From a candidate division FCPU426 bacterium (GTDB lineage: Bacteria; Oederibacteriota; Muellerivitia; Muellerivitales; Muellerivitaceae): a DNA stretch of 64,000 nt. The first letter of the stretch is position 1. The number at the start of each line of letters is the position of its first letter. The DNA lies in NCBI GenBank assembly GCA_963796105.1, contig CAWCKJ010000004.1, forward strand, positions 160,001-224,000, given 5' to 3'. The position numbers and the translations under genes are program-made. The notes under the pieces were generated by a model, which was not told the DNA's origin, made no database searches, and saw only the letters and a list, made by a program, of their open reading frames with translations. Below, one piece after another: positions 1-9,921 of the stretch.

Positions 1-30
1 TACGAGGCATATTAAACCTGGCCCCTGGAA

Positions 31-276
31 CCCCGAGGGCGGGAAAATAAAAAGGCACCGCCCCGCTGACGCTCATATGGGAAATTTCCCCTATGTACCC
101 CTTCTCAAGACCAAAGGGGGCTCAGCCCCCTTTGAAATCCCGAGGGCGGAAATTAAAAAGGCACCGCCCTGCTGACGCTCATATGGGAAATTCCCCCTAT
201 GTACCCCTTCTCAAGACCAAAGGGGGCTCAGCCCCCTTTGAAATCCCGAGGGCGGAAATTAAAAAGGCCCGCCCTC
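31..276. repeat. Tandem repeat of ~106-107 bp, ~2.3 copies, each unit rich in hairpins
   Basis: CCCGAGGGCGG recurs at ~32, ~139 and ~245. Units 1 and 2 are nearly identical. Each unit holds GGGCGG..CCGCCC, CATATGGG..CCCCTATG and the perfect hairpin CAAAGGGGGC-TCA-GCCCCCTTTG. Confidence 0.9.
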
Positions 277-344
277 AATTAAGAGAGCGAGCCTTCGCGG
301 CCTAAATTAAGCCTCTCCCCGGTCAGGGGGAGCGGTGAAAACTC

Positions 345-3121
345 TTACGAACATCCGCTCGTGGACCCGCAGTTCAGGCACTTAAAGCAGGCCCCGTTGC
401 GAACCATGATGGACCCGCATTCCGAACAGGACGGCGCGTCGGACTGCGTGGCGAAAATGTTCTTCTCCCTTTTCTCCGACTCGGAGATGCCCGCGGGGGA
501 AGACTTGTGGGCGATCTTCGCGGGGGAGGCGCTGTTCAGGGTGGCGTCCTTCTCTGCCACCTCCGTCAATTCCGCCGCGCCCCTCTCGCCCGCCGCCAGG
601 AACTTGATGGCCAGCCAGCGGAAGATATAGTCGGTGATGGACTTGGCGATGCGAACTTCCGGGTTGTTGGTGATGCCCGACGGCTCATAGCGGCTGTGGG
701 AGAACTTGTTCACCAAGACCTTCAAGGGCACTCCGTATTGCAGGGCGAGCGAGATGGCGGTGGCGAAGGAATCCATCAGACCCGAGACCGTCGAGCCCTC
801 CTTCGACATGGTGATGAAGAGCTCCCCGGCTGTCCCGTCCTCGAACTTGCCCGACCGTGATATAGCCCTCGTGACCGGCGATGGAGAACTTGTGCGTGAT
901 GGCTTCCCTTTCATCCGGGAGCCTCCGGCGCACCGGCTTGTGGACCTTGGCCTTCCCCCCCTCGGAGGAGGTGGAAAGGGGCTGGGACCTCTTGCAGCCG
1001 TCGCGGTAGATGGCGACCGCCTTGAGACCCAGTTTCCAGGACTCGATGTAGGCCTGCATGATTTCCTCGGGGGTGGCCTCGTGGGGCAGGTTGACGGTCT
1101 TGGAAATGGCGCCCGACAGGAAGGGCTGGACCGCGCCCATCATGCGGATATGGCCCATGTAGTGGATGGACCTGGTGCCGTTCAATGGCTTGAAGGCGCA
1201 GTCGAACACCGGCAGGTGCTCGGCTTTCAGGTGCGGGGCGCCCTCGATGGTGTCGTGGGCCTCGATATAGGCCAGGATGTCCTTCACCTGGCTCTCGGTG
1301 TACTTCAGGTTCTTCAGGGCCTCGGGAACGGTCTGGTTGACGATCTTGATGACCCCGCCGCCCGACCAGTTTCTTGTACTTGACCAGCGCGATATCGGGC
1401 TCCACGCCGGTGGTGTCGCAATCCATCATGAAGCCGATGGTGCCGGTGGGGGCCAGAACGGTCACCTGGCCGTTGCGGAAACCCCACTCCTTGCCGCGTT
1501 TCCTGCACTTCCTTCCAGACCGTCTGGGCGGCCAGATACAGGTCCTCGGTCACGCCGTCGTGCTTGATCTTGGCGGCCTCGGCCTGGTGCATGCGCATGA
1601 CGTTGAGCATGGGCTGTTCGTTGCGGGAGTAGCCCCGGAAGGGCCCCACTTCCTTGGAAATCCTGGAGCGACATCAGGTTGGCCTCCCCCTGCATGAGGG
1701 ACGTGACCGCCGCCGCGTAATTGCGGCCCTCATCGCCGTCGTAAGGCAGGCCCCTGCGACATCAGGAGCGCGCCCAGGTTGGCGTAGCCCAGCCCCAGGG
1801 GCCGGTAGTCGTGGCTGTTGCGCTCGATGGGCTTGGTGGGATAGCTGGCGTTGTCCACAGTGATTTCCTGCGCCAGGATGGTGATATCCACCGCGTGCCG
1901 GAAGGCCTCGATGTCGAACTCGCCCTCGGGCGTCCGGAACTTCATGAGGTTCAGGGAGGCCAGGTTGCAGGCCGAATCGTCCAGGAACATGTACTCGGAA
2001 CAGGGGTTGCTCGAGTTGATGCGGGCGGTGTTGGAGGAGGTGTGCCAGCGGTTGATGGTGGTGTCGAACTGCATGCCCGGGTCGCCGCAAATCCAGGTGG
2101 ATTCCGCGATCATGCGGAGCATTTCCTTGGCCCGGTAGGTATCCATGGGGTGCCCGTCCTTGCGGGCCTTGGTGGTCCAGGTGCCGTCGTTCTGGGCGGC
2201 GCTGCATGAACTCGTCCGTGACGCGCACCGAATGGTTGGCGTTCTGGAACTGCACCGAGTCGTAGGCCCCGCCGGGAACGTTGAAACCGCCCTCGTAGCC
2301 CGCGTCAATCAGGGCCCAGGCCTTCTTCTCCTCCTCGGACTTGCTCTTGATGAAATCCACGATATCCGGATGGTCTGTGTCCAGGATGACCATCTTGGCC
2401 GCTCGTCTGGTGCGCCCGCCGGACTTGATGACGCCCGCGAAGCTGTCGTAACCCTTCATGAAGGAGACGGGGCCGGAGGCCGTGCCGCCGCCGGATAGCT
2501 TCTCCCGGCTGGAGCGAAGGGCGGAGAAGTTGGTGCCCGGTTCCCGAGCCGAACTTGAAGAGCATGCCCTCGGTCTTGGCCAAGTCCAGGATGGCTTCCA
2601 TGCTGTCGGAGACGCTGTTGATGAAGCAGGCCGAGCACTGGGGCCGGGCCTCGATGCCCACGTTGAACCAGACTGGCGAGTTGAAGGCCATTTTCTGGTG
2701 CACCAGCAGGTGGGTGAGCTCCATGTGGAAAATTTCGGCGTCCTCGTCGGATGTCAAAATAGCCCATGTCCTTTCCCCACTCGGAGATGGTATCGGCCAC
2801 GCGGCGGATCAACTGCTTGACGGATCGTTCGCGCTATGCTCGGTTCCCTGGACGCCGTGGAAGTACTTGGAGACCACGATGTTGGTGGCGGTCTGGGACC
2901 AGGGTTTGGGAACCTCGACATCCTTCTGTTCGAAAATGACCTTGCCCTTCTCGTCGGTAATGGACGCGGAGCGCAGTTCCCACTCGACCTCGTCGAAGGG
3001 ATGGATGCCCTTCGCGGGTGAAATAGCGTTTGAATTTGAGGCCACCCTCTCGGGTGAAGGTATTGGGTCGTACGAACTCTACTTTACTGGATGTGTTCGG
3101 CTGGGTCGGCTGTGCGGACAT
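345..3121 (-). CDS. nrdJ: Adenosylcobalamin-dependent (class II) ribonucleotide reductase with C-terminal TSCPD/zinc-ribbon region; split over ~11 reading-frame segments (~10 frameshifts, probably sequencing errors)
   Basis: Consecutive ORF fragments give [105 protein letters not shown] and a terminal [26 protein letters not shown] lies just upstream of the ATG at 3121. Confidence 0.95.
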
Positions 3122-3495
3122 GCGTCCTCCTTCTTAAAAATGGCCCAAAATTAACTGCCTGATGTTTACGGGCCTTAACATCAGTAGGTGATGCGGTAGT
3201 GTTGTTGTTTATTTATGGAAATGGTCGAAAGATATCGCCGGCAGTTGCGGGACAAAACTCTCAAAGCTTCCATCCAATCTACTTACTCTTTGTTAGGGAA
3301 TACCGGGATGACTTTAACCAACTTGAACCGTCAAACCCCGGCTTTATTCCTGCTTTCTTAACCTGGTCGGGGCTGGAAGGCTGAAAACTCCGCCAAAACC
3401 AAATAAAAAAACATCATTCCTATGCTAAAAAACCCGGCTAAATTGGGCTTTTATTCACTTCAGCTCCCCCAATATCGGCCAAAAATCGTTATTTA

Positions 3496-3542
3496 ACACC
3501 ATATTTAGACAACAAAAGTTTATATACCACCAGACTTAGTAT
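3496..3542. promoter_or_regulatory. Two tandem NrdR boxes
   Basis: acaCCATATTTAGaca (3496-3511) and ccaCCAGACTTAGtat (3527-3542) resemble the acaCwAtATaTwGtgt consensus, are 31 bp apart, and lie upstream of nrdJ. Confidence 0.7.
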
Positions 3543-3548
3543 TGTCAA
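3519..3548 (-). promoter_or_regulatory. Sigma70-type promoter for nrdJ overlapping the NrdR box
   Basis: Minus strand reads TTGACA (3548-3543), 18-nt spacer, TATAAA (3524-3519). Confidence 0.6.
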
Positions 3549-3671
3549 AAGAAATTTTTATATATTTTTTCAGGGTACCATTTGATTTTCAGGGAGATTT
3601 TTCCACGGTTTTTTCAGGGACTTTCCCAAGGAAGGTTTTATTCCACCCGCTCTTGCCGGATGATTTTCTGC

Positions 3672-4664
3672 TCAATTTTCGTCCTTATTTGTTTTCCCCT
3701 TGCCGGTCAACCCATCCAAATACTGCTGTTGGGCGTCATGGTTCTTGTCACTGAGCCACTCGTCGCAAAAAGAGCAGGCCACAGGCTCATCCCTCATGGC
3801 AGACAATTGTTGGCGGTACTGGCCCACCTTTTCCGTTAGGCCCAGCCTGCGGCTCAGGTCAAAACAATCGGCGATGGCGCAAAAATCCTTCGGGTGGGCG
3901 GTCAAATAACTTTCGATATATTCCAGGAGCTTCAAGGATTCGCCGTTGGTCGAGTGGACGGGGTCGTAGGATTGGACATGGTCCAAAAACTCATCCTTCG
4001 CCCCAACGAATCCCCGGCCGTTCCAGCGGAAGGGACGGCCGTAATAAATCTGGAACTCTTGCTCGTTATTGATCATGGCCTTCTGGTAATCCACCATGAG
4101 GGGTTTGCCCGATTCCTTCGCGACCCTCGGCCCCATTCCAAGCCCCTGGATGGAAGCGGATTTCCTGAAGGTTCCGTCCTTATAGATGAACACATTCGCG
4201 ATCTGGGTGATGCCCGAGGAGGAGTAAACCACCAGCTGGTCCCTTCCCTGGGCGGTCAAGTCTGCGCCCTCGAAGCCCTCGTACTTTTTGCCATCCACGA
4301 GTTCCACCTGGACGAGTTTCCAATCGTCCTTGCCCTTGTGGAAGTAGGCAAAACCAGAACCTGCGTCCTCGACCATCTGGCGTCCGAGGTTATAAACCAC
4401 CCCGTTGTCCTTATAGCCCGCGATGCCGATGATCACGTCCGACTTCGGGGAATCCGAGAAATCATGGTAGGCGATCCCGGAAACGTTCCAAAAAATCTCT
4501 TTTTTACCCTGGTATTTCTTGTTAAGTCGTTCGTTGATTTCCCCCAGGCGGATCTGACCGAAGGCGACGAGATTGGAGGCGGTATCGTCCACCGCGAATA
4601 AAGGCAGGACCGATAACTGGAATAGACCCATGATGAAAATGCTAAAAACGAACTCGGTTTTCAT
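3672..4664 (-). CDS. Secreted hypothetical protein (probable start ATG 4664)
   Basis: Long ORF with signal-peptide-like N-terminus (MKTEFVFSIFIMGLFQLSVLPLFA); no recognisable family motif. Confidence 0.7.
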   Translation of the reverse strand: MKTEFVFSIFIMGLFQLSVLPLFAVDDTASNLVAFGQIRLGEINERLNKKYQGKKEIFWNVSGIAYHDFSDSPKSDVIIGIAGYKDNGVVYNLGRQMVEDAGSGFAYFHKGKDDWKLVQVELVDGKKYEGFEGADLTAQGRDQLVVYSSSGITQIANVFIYKDGTFRKSASIQGLGMGPRVAKESGKPLMVDYQKAMINNEQEFQIYYGRPFRWNGRGFVGAKDEFLDHVQSYDPVHSTNGESLKLLEYIESYLTAHPKDFCAIADCFDLSRRLGLTEKVGQYRQQLSAMRDEPVACSFCDEWLSDKNHDAQQQYLDGLTGKGKTNKDEN

Positions 4665-4751
4665 GCCCCTGCCCCTTTCAAGCCGAAGGAAAAAGATTAT
4701 TAAAATAGGCAATGTTTCAAAAAACAAAGATTTATCAGTAAATGTTTAAGA

Positions 4752-4900
4752 TGTCATTGCGAGGAACGAATTATGTAACGAAGCAACCCAAGTTAATGGG
4801 TGGTTTTAAGTTTTCATTCACTATCAGCAAAAACATATTTAAACTTAGGTTGCTTCGTCATAAACGTCCGCCTATTCGGCGGTCAATCCTTGCAATGACA
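4752..4900. mobile_element. Non-coding palindromic element (MITE/REP-like), empty relative of the GIY-YIG element
   Basis: Ends are TGTCATTGCGAGG...ACGAAGCAACCCAAGTT and AACTTAGGTTGCTTCGT...CCTTGCAATGACA, the same end motifs as 6409-6820. Confidence 0.75.
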
Positions 4901-4979
4901 AATAAGGCTTTTTCAGGACGTAATTGTTTCATTTAGTAATTGAGTTTTCATATGTTCAAGTGCGTTTAGCTATTGTGCT

Positions 4980-6290
4980 TTAGACGCCCTTGGCTTTCAA
5001 CTGGGCCGCCAAATCCTCGTAACCCTTTTTCCCCAGGAGGGCGAACATGTTTTTCTTGTAGGCTTCCACTCCCGGCTGGTCGAAGGGGTTGATGCCCAAG
5101 AGGGTCCCGGAAATTCCGCAGGCCATCTCGAAGAAATAATAAAGGTACCCCAGCGAATACTCCGAGACCCTGTCCAGGGTCAAGCGGATGACGGGCAACC
5201 CGCCGTCCCGGTGGGCCACCGCTGTTCCCTTCATGGCCTGTTCGTTGACCCAGGAAAGCCTCTTTCCCGCGAGGAAATTCAAGCCTTCCCGGTCCTCCGG
5301 GTCCCTTGGAATCAACACTTCCTTATCCTCTTTTTGCACCCAAAGGATGGTCTCCAGCAGGGTCCTTCGCCCTTCCTGTAGGTACTGGCCCATGCTGTGC
5401 AGATCGGTGGTCAAATCCACGCTGGCGGGGAAGATGCCCTTACCTTCCTTGCCTTCCGATTCCCCATAAAGCTGTTTCCACCACTCGCCTACATAATGCA
5501 ATTCAGGCCGGAAATTAGCGAGCACCTCGATGGTCTTTCCCTTCTGATAAAGAAGGAACCTGGCCGCGGCGTAGCGGGCCGCGAGATTGACGGACAAGTC
5601 CGCCGACCTCATGTCCTTGGCCGCGTCCTGCGCCCCTTTCAGGAGCCTTCCAATGTCGAACCCCGCGATGGCGATCGGCAGGAGCCCCACGGGGGTCAGA
5701 ACGGAATAACGCCCCCCCACATCGTCCGGAATGACGAAGGTTTTGTAGCCATCCGCGTCCGCCAGATCCTTCAAGGCTCCTTTGGCCTGATCCGTCACGG
5801 CCACGATTCTCTTGCGGGCTTTTTTCTTTCCCGCTCCCTTTTCCAGCCAGGACTTCAAGATCCGGAAAGCCACGGCAGGCTCGGTGGTAGTTCCTGATTT
5901 CGAGATGACGCAAATCCCGGTTTTTTTGGGTTTCAATTCCGATAGGAGCTTCTGGAAGTCGGTGGGCGACAAGTGATGTCCGGCGAAATGGATCTTAGGC
6001 GCACCCCCGAGGGCCTCTAGGGTGGCTTTCGTCCCCAGGTAGGACCCGCCGATTCCCACGCAAACGACGTCCCTGCATTTATCAAACACCCCCGCGGCCT
6101 TCCGCAAGGCCTGAAGCTGTTTGGCCGCCGAGGAGGGAAGATCGATCCAGCCCAGGAAGTCCGCTCCCCGGCCGGTCTTTTTCAAAAGGCTCTCGAGCGC
6201 CGCTTGAACTTGCGGCTGTATGCCCTCAATGTCCTTTTCCGTCACGGTTTCCGAGATGTAGCTCAAGTCCAGGGTCAAGGGTTTTGGCAT
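4980..6290 (-). CDS. pgi: Glucose-6-phosphate isomerase
   Basis: GIGGSYLG, VISKSGTTTEP, VGGRYSVLTPVGL, WWKQLYGESEGK, DLHSMGQY and NPFDQPGVEAYK motifs. Confidence 0.97.
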   Translation of the reverse strand: MPKPLTLDLSYISETVTEKDIEGIQPQVQAALESLLKKTGRGADFLGWIDLPSSAAKQLQALRKAAGVFDKCRDVVCVGIGGSYLGTKATLEALGGAPKIHFAGHHLSPTDFQKLLSELKPKKTGICVISKSGTTTEPAVAFRILKSWLEKGAGKKKARKRIVAVTDQAKGALKDLADADGYKTFVIPDDVGGRYSVLTPVGLLPIAIAGFDIGRLLKGAQDAAKDMRSADLSVNLAARYAAARFLLYQKGKTIEVLANFRPELHYVGEWWKQLYGESEGKEGKGIFPASVDLTTDLHSMGQYLQEGRRTLLETILWVQKEDKEVLIPRDPEDREGLNFLAGKRLSWVNEQAMKGTAVAHRDGGLPVIRLTLDRVSEYSLGYLYYFFEMACGISGTLLGINPFDQPGVEAYKKNMFALLGKKGYEDLAAQLKAKGV

Positions 6291-6388
6291 GATTAGCTCC
6301 TTTTAAATAAAAAATAAGCACTAAAAAATCCGTTCATTCATCGGGAATGATATTTCGGTTCAACCTTGTTTTTTGATGAAAATCTTTT

Positions 6389-6760
6389 TTATGGAACATT
6401 TAATAGGCTGTCATTGCGAGCTTTGAATTTCAAAGCGAAGCAACCCAAGTTCATGGGTGGTTTACGCATTTGTAATTCGGATGTTAAATCCTTCCATTTC
6501 GGGTTTATACCCCGTATCAAATCAATTTTCTTTTGCCTCGAACCGCCTTTAATTTGTTTTTCTCGGGTGATTGCGGCTTTTATATCTTCGAATCCTTCAT
6601 AATAAACGAGTTTATCAGCCCTATATTTTTTAGTAAAACCTTCCTTCAACTTTAGTTTATGTTCCGCAATTCTTTTTTTGAGATCACCAGTGACACCTGT
6701 ATAGAGAGCGGTATTGTTTCTGGTAGTTGTGATGTAAACGCAATAAAGCATTTCATTCAC
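6389..6760 (-). CDS. GIY-YIG nuclease family protein (YhbQ/UPF0213-like)
   Basis: YCVYITT..LYTGVTGDLKKRIAEHK..GFTKKY..LVYYE..AITREKQIKGGSRQKKIDLI..NPKWKDL. Confidence 0.92.
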   Translation of the reverse strand: MNEMLYCVYITTTRNNTALYTGVTGDLKKRIAEHKLKLKEGFTKKYRADKLVYYEGFEDIKAAITREKQIKGGSRQKKIDLIRGINPKWKDLTSELQMRKPPMNLGCFALKFKARNDSLLNVP

Positions 6761-6820
6761 CCAAAAACTGGGGTTGCTTCGTCGCTAAAAGATTGAGGAA
6801 AAGCGCTCCTCGCAATGACA
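6409..6820. mobile_element. GIY-YIG gene enclosed by bipartite inverted repeats
   Basis: Left end TGTCATTGCGAG-(hairpin GCTTTGAA-T-TTCAAAGC)-GAAGCAACCC at 6409-6446; right end GGGTTGCTTCG...CTCGCAATGACA at 6771-6820. Confidence 0.7.
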
Positions 6821-6868
6821 TCTTAATAATTAATAAAAAAAACCAGTGATAAGCGCCGCTTCCAAGGC

Positions 6869-8551
6869 TCAGCGAATCTTAAACTTTTCCACCATCATTT
6901 TCAATTCTTCCGCCATGGCCGAGATTTCCTTGAAGGTCGCGTTGATCTGCTCCATGTTGGCGGTTTGCTCCTGGGTGGAGGCCGAGACCTCCTCGGTGGA
7001 GGCGGCCGACTCCTCGGAAACGGCGTTGATATCCTGGATGCTGTTGACGATCTTATCGTAACGCTGGTTTTGGAGCGCCACGAGGTCGGATATGCTCTTG
7101 CTGTAATGGGCAACGTTCTCGATGACCTCGTTGATCTCGTCCAGGGACCTTTCCATTTTTCGGATCCCCTCCTGGCTGACCTGGGCCTCCCTCGCGCTTT
7201 TCTCCATGGACTCCACGGCCGACAGGGTCTCATCCTGGATCAGCTGGACGACTCCCCCGATCTCATTGGTGGCTTTCGCCACACGGTCGGACAGGATGCG
7301 GATTTCCTCGGCCACCACCGCGAAACCCTTGCCGTGCTCCCCCGCCCTGGCCGCCTCGATGGCAGCGTTCAGCGACAACAGGTTGGTCTGTTCCGAGATT
7401 CCCTGGATGATTTCAACCACGCGCCCGATTTCCCGGCTCTTCTGGCCCAAATGGTGGATGAGCTCGGAATTCTTCAGGATGGTCTCATTCAAGGCCGCCA
7501 TGCGCTCGATCGTGCCCCGGGCGAGCTTGCCCCCCGCTTGGGCGGTGGAGGTGGCCTGGTCCACAGCGGAAGAGGTCTCCGCTACCCTCTTTTCGACGTC
7601 CTTCATCGTTTCCTGCATGTCCTGCATTAAATGGTGGACCTCCGAGATCTTGGACGCCTGCTCCTCCGCGCCCCTGGCGATTTGCGAGATGGTCGTGGAG
7701 ACATCCTCGCTCATGGCGGACACCTCGCCGGTGGAGTGGATCAAATCCCTCACCTGCTCCGAAAGGTGCTGGGAATGCTCCAGGACCCTTGAAACCATGG
7801 TTCGTATCTTCTCCAGGAAGGTGTTGAACCACTCGGCCATGTCCCCGATCTCGTCATGGGACCTCACCTTGATTCGGAAGGTCAAGTCCGCCTCACCCTT
7901 GGAGAAATCCATCAGTTCGGTCGTGATGGAATGGATGGGGTTCACGACGAAAACCCTCAAGAGCGGCATCAAAACCAGCATGATCGCCAGTGAAATCAAG
8001 GTCGCCAATCCGGCTGTCTGCAGGGCGGAAAACTCGACCTGGGACTCCAGCTGGGAAAGGGGGATCTCCACGTTGATCCCGCCCACCACCTTTCCTTCCG
8101 AATCCTGGACAGGAGAAAGGTACCTTAACATTTCCCCCTTCGGGGTTTTCCAGGTTTCCTCCCAGCATTTTTTCCGGGTTTGGGACCATACCAGCCTTTG
8201 CTTCAGGTCCTCCAGACGGCTTTCGTAGCCTTCCTGGTATTGGCTTCGGACCAGGATTTTTCCTTTCTTGTCGAAGAGGGAAAGGGTGCTGACCTGGAAT
8301 TGGCGGGATAGGGACGAGACCGTCTCGGAGAGGTTCTCGAAATTTTCCTTTTGGATTTGCCTGGCAAACTCCTCTTGGAGGGATTGGACGACCAGGTCCA
8401 GGTACTCGAGCTTTTGCTCCTTGAGATTCTGTTTTTGCCGCACACCATTATAAAAGCCGATGATTCCTTCCAAGGCGAAAATGGAAAGAGCCACGGTCAA
8501 GGCGATACGAAAACCCAAGTTTCTCAGGAACACTGTCGAAAACCTTTCCAA
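6869..8551 (-). CDS. Methyl-accepting chemotaxis protein (2 TM, sensor, HAMP, MA domain)
   Basis: [31 protein letters not shown] hairpin tip; HAMP region [15 protein letters not shown]. Confidence 0.95.
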   Translation of the reverse strand: MERFSTVFLRNLGFRIALTVALSIFALEGIIGFYNGVRQKQNLKEQKLEYLDLVVQSLQEEFARQIQKENFENLSETVSSLSRQFQVSTLSLFDKKGKILVRSQYQEGYESRLEDLKQRLVWSQTRKKCWEETWKTPKGEMLRYLSPVQDSEGKVVGGINVEIPLSQLESQVEFSALQTAGLATLISLAIMLVLMPLLRVFVVNPIHSITTELMDFSKGEADLTFRIKVRSHDEIGDMAEWFNTFLEKIRTMVSRVLEHSQHLSEQVRDLIHSTGEVSAMSEDVSTTISQIARGAEEQASKISEVHHLMQDMQETMKDVEKRVAETSSAVDQATSTAQAGGKLARGTIERMAALNETILKNSELIHHLGQKSREIGRVVEIIQGISEQTNLLSLNAAIEAARAGEHGKGFAVVAEEIRILSDRVAKATNEIGGVVQLIQDETLSAVESMEKSAREAQVSQEGIRKMERSLDEINEVIENVAHYSKSISDLVALQNQRYDKIVNSIQDINAVSEESAASTEEVSASTQEQTANMEQINATFKEISAMAEELKMMVEKFKIR

Positions 8552-8652
8552 GCGGAGGGAATGTCCGGACGATTATTTTAAAACAGTTAACAGGCAAAAG
8601 CACACTTGAAAGATGGCCCCAACCGGGCCTTTCCGGCTCATCAGAAGCCCCG

Positions 8653-9843
8653 CTAAGACCTGTCGGGCCTCAACTCTGGCTCATTCCCCTCCAAAAAGGA
8701 GGTCATCATCTGGAGTTTTTGAATGACAGAGGGCATGACAGCCAACAGTTCCCGGATCTGTTCACCCGTGTTGAACCGCCCGAAGGAAAAACGAAGGCCT
8801 TCCTTGGCTTCTTTTTGGCTCCTGCCCATGGCCATTAGGACATGGGAGGCTTCCGCCGCTCCGGCGGCGCAAGCCGATCCTGAGGAAACGGCGAAACCTT
8901 GGTTGTCCAGGCTGTGAACGAGCGTTTCCCCCTCCACCCCCGGCAGGGTGATATTGAGGATTCCCGGGAGCCTTTTCTCCGGGTCGAGCGGCCCGTTGAC
9001 CCTCAACTCGGGACAGGTTTTTTTCATCTCATCCAGGAACATCTGCGCCAACGCCCTCAAGCGCCCTTGCTCGGAGGTTTCCGAGCAGATCCTCCTGGCC
9101 GCCTCTCCCAGGCCCACGATTCCCGCCACGTTCTCTGTTCCCCCGCGGCGGCCTCTTTCCTGCCCTCCCCCGTGCTGGAGGGGGACCAGGTCCATCCCCT
9201 TTCTCTGGTAAAAGAACCCGGCGCCTTTGGGCCCGTAGATCTTGTGTCCCGAGGCCGAAAGGAAGGATAGATGGTAGCGTTCCACGTCCAGGTGAACCTT
9301 GCCGTAGGCCTGCACCGCGTCGGTGTGGAAGGGTATCCCATGGCTTTTGGCCAAGGCGCCGATTTCCTTGAAGGACTGGATCGTCCCCACCTCGTTATTG
9401 GCCGCCATGATGGAGATCAAGGTGGTTTCCCCAGGCCGGATGGCTTTTTCCACATCCCGGGGATCCACCCATCCCCCGGAATCCACCCCCACGACGGAGA
9501 TGGAGCATCCCAGACGGGTCAGCCACTCAGTGCAATCCAATACGCAATGGTGCTCCACCGCCGAAATGATGAAGTGCCGTGGTTTTCCCTGGTTCGCGAA
9601 GGCCATTCCCTTGAGAACGGCGTTCACGGATTCCGTGCCCCCGCTGGTAAAGACGATTTCCTTTGGGTCGGAATTCAGGGTCAAGGCGATCTTCTCGCGC
9701 GCGTGCTCCACCGCCGCCCTCGCGTCCCGTCCATAGGCGTGCAGGCTGGAGGGATTGCCGTATTCCTCTTTTATATAGGGCGTCATGGCTTCCAGGACTT
9801 TCTCATCCAAGGGCGTCGTGGCGGCGTGGTCAAAATAAATCAT
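8653..9843 (-). CDS. iscS: Cysteine desulfurase, IscS/NifS type
   Basis: IYFDHAATTP, FTSGGTES, FHTDAVQA, SGHKIYGPKG, RGGTEN and SSGSAC motifs. Confidence 0.93.
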   Translation of the reverse strand: MIYFDHAATTPLDEKVLEAMTPYIKEEYGNPSSLHAYGRDARAAVEHAREKIALTLNSDPKEIVFTSGGTESVNAVLKGMAFANQGKPRHFIISAVEHHCVLDCTEWLTRLGCSISVVGVDSGGWVDPRDVEKAIRPGETTLISIMAANNEVGTIQSFKEIGALAKSHGIPFHTDAVQAYGKVHLDVERYHLSFLSASGHKIYGPKGAGFFYQRKGMDLVPLQHGGGQERGRRGGTENVAGIVGLGEAARRICSETSEQGRLRALAQMFLDEMKKTCPELRVNGPLDPEKRLPGILNITLPGVEGETLVHSLDNQGFAVSSGSACAAGAAEASHVLMAMGRSQKEAKEGLRFSFGRFNTGEQIRELLAVMPSVIQKLQMMTSFLEGNEPELRPDRS

Positions 9844-9921
9844 TCAAATCCTTCCTGAATTTTTAGGGAAGTTAGTTTATCATCCGCCCCGCGGGAACAC
9901 CAAACGAATGGAGGCAAGGAG

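Noticed and set aside
31..276. CRISPR array
   Set aside because: Whole 107-bp units are repeated with no unique spacers, and there are no cas genes in the window.
345..3121. Intein, intron or programmed frameshifting in nrdJ
   Set aside because: The joined fragments give a normal-length NrdJ with no extra domain; the shifts are many single-base indels without a common slippery motif.
3122..3500. Cobalamin riboswitch in the nrdJ leader
   Set aside because: I could not find the B12-box or the conserved core on the coding strand.
7122..8228. Long overlapping opposite-strand ORFs (here and over prs, GH44, the RND gene and others)
   Set aside because: They are shadow ORFs expected in GC-rich coding DNA, lying opposite well-supported genes and without family motifs.
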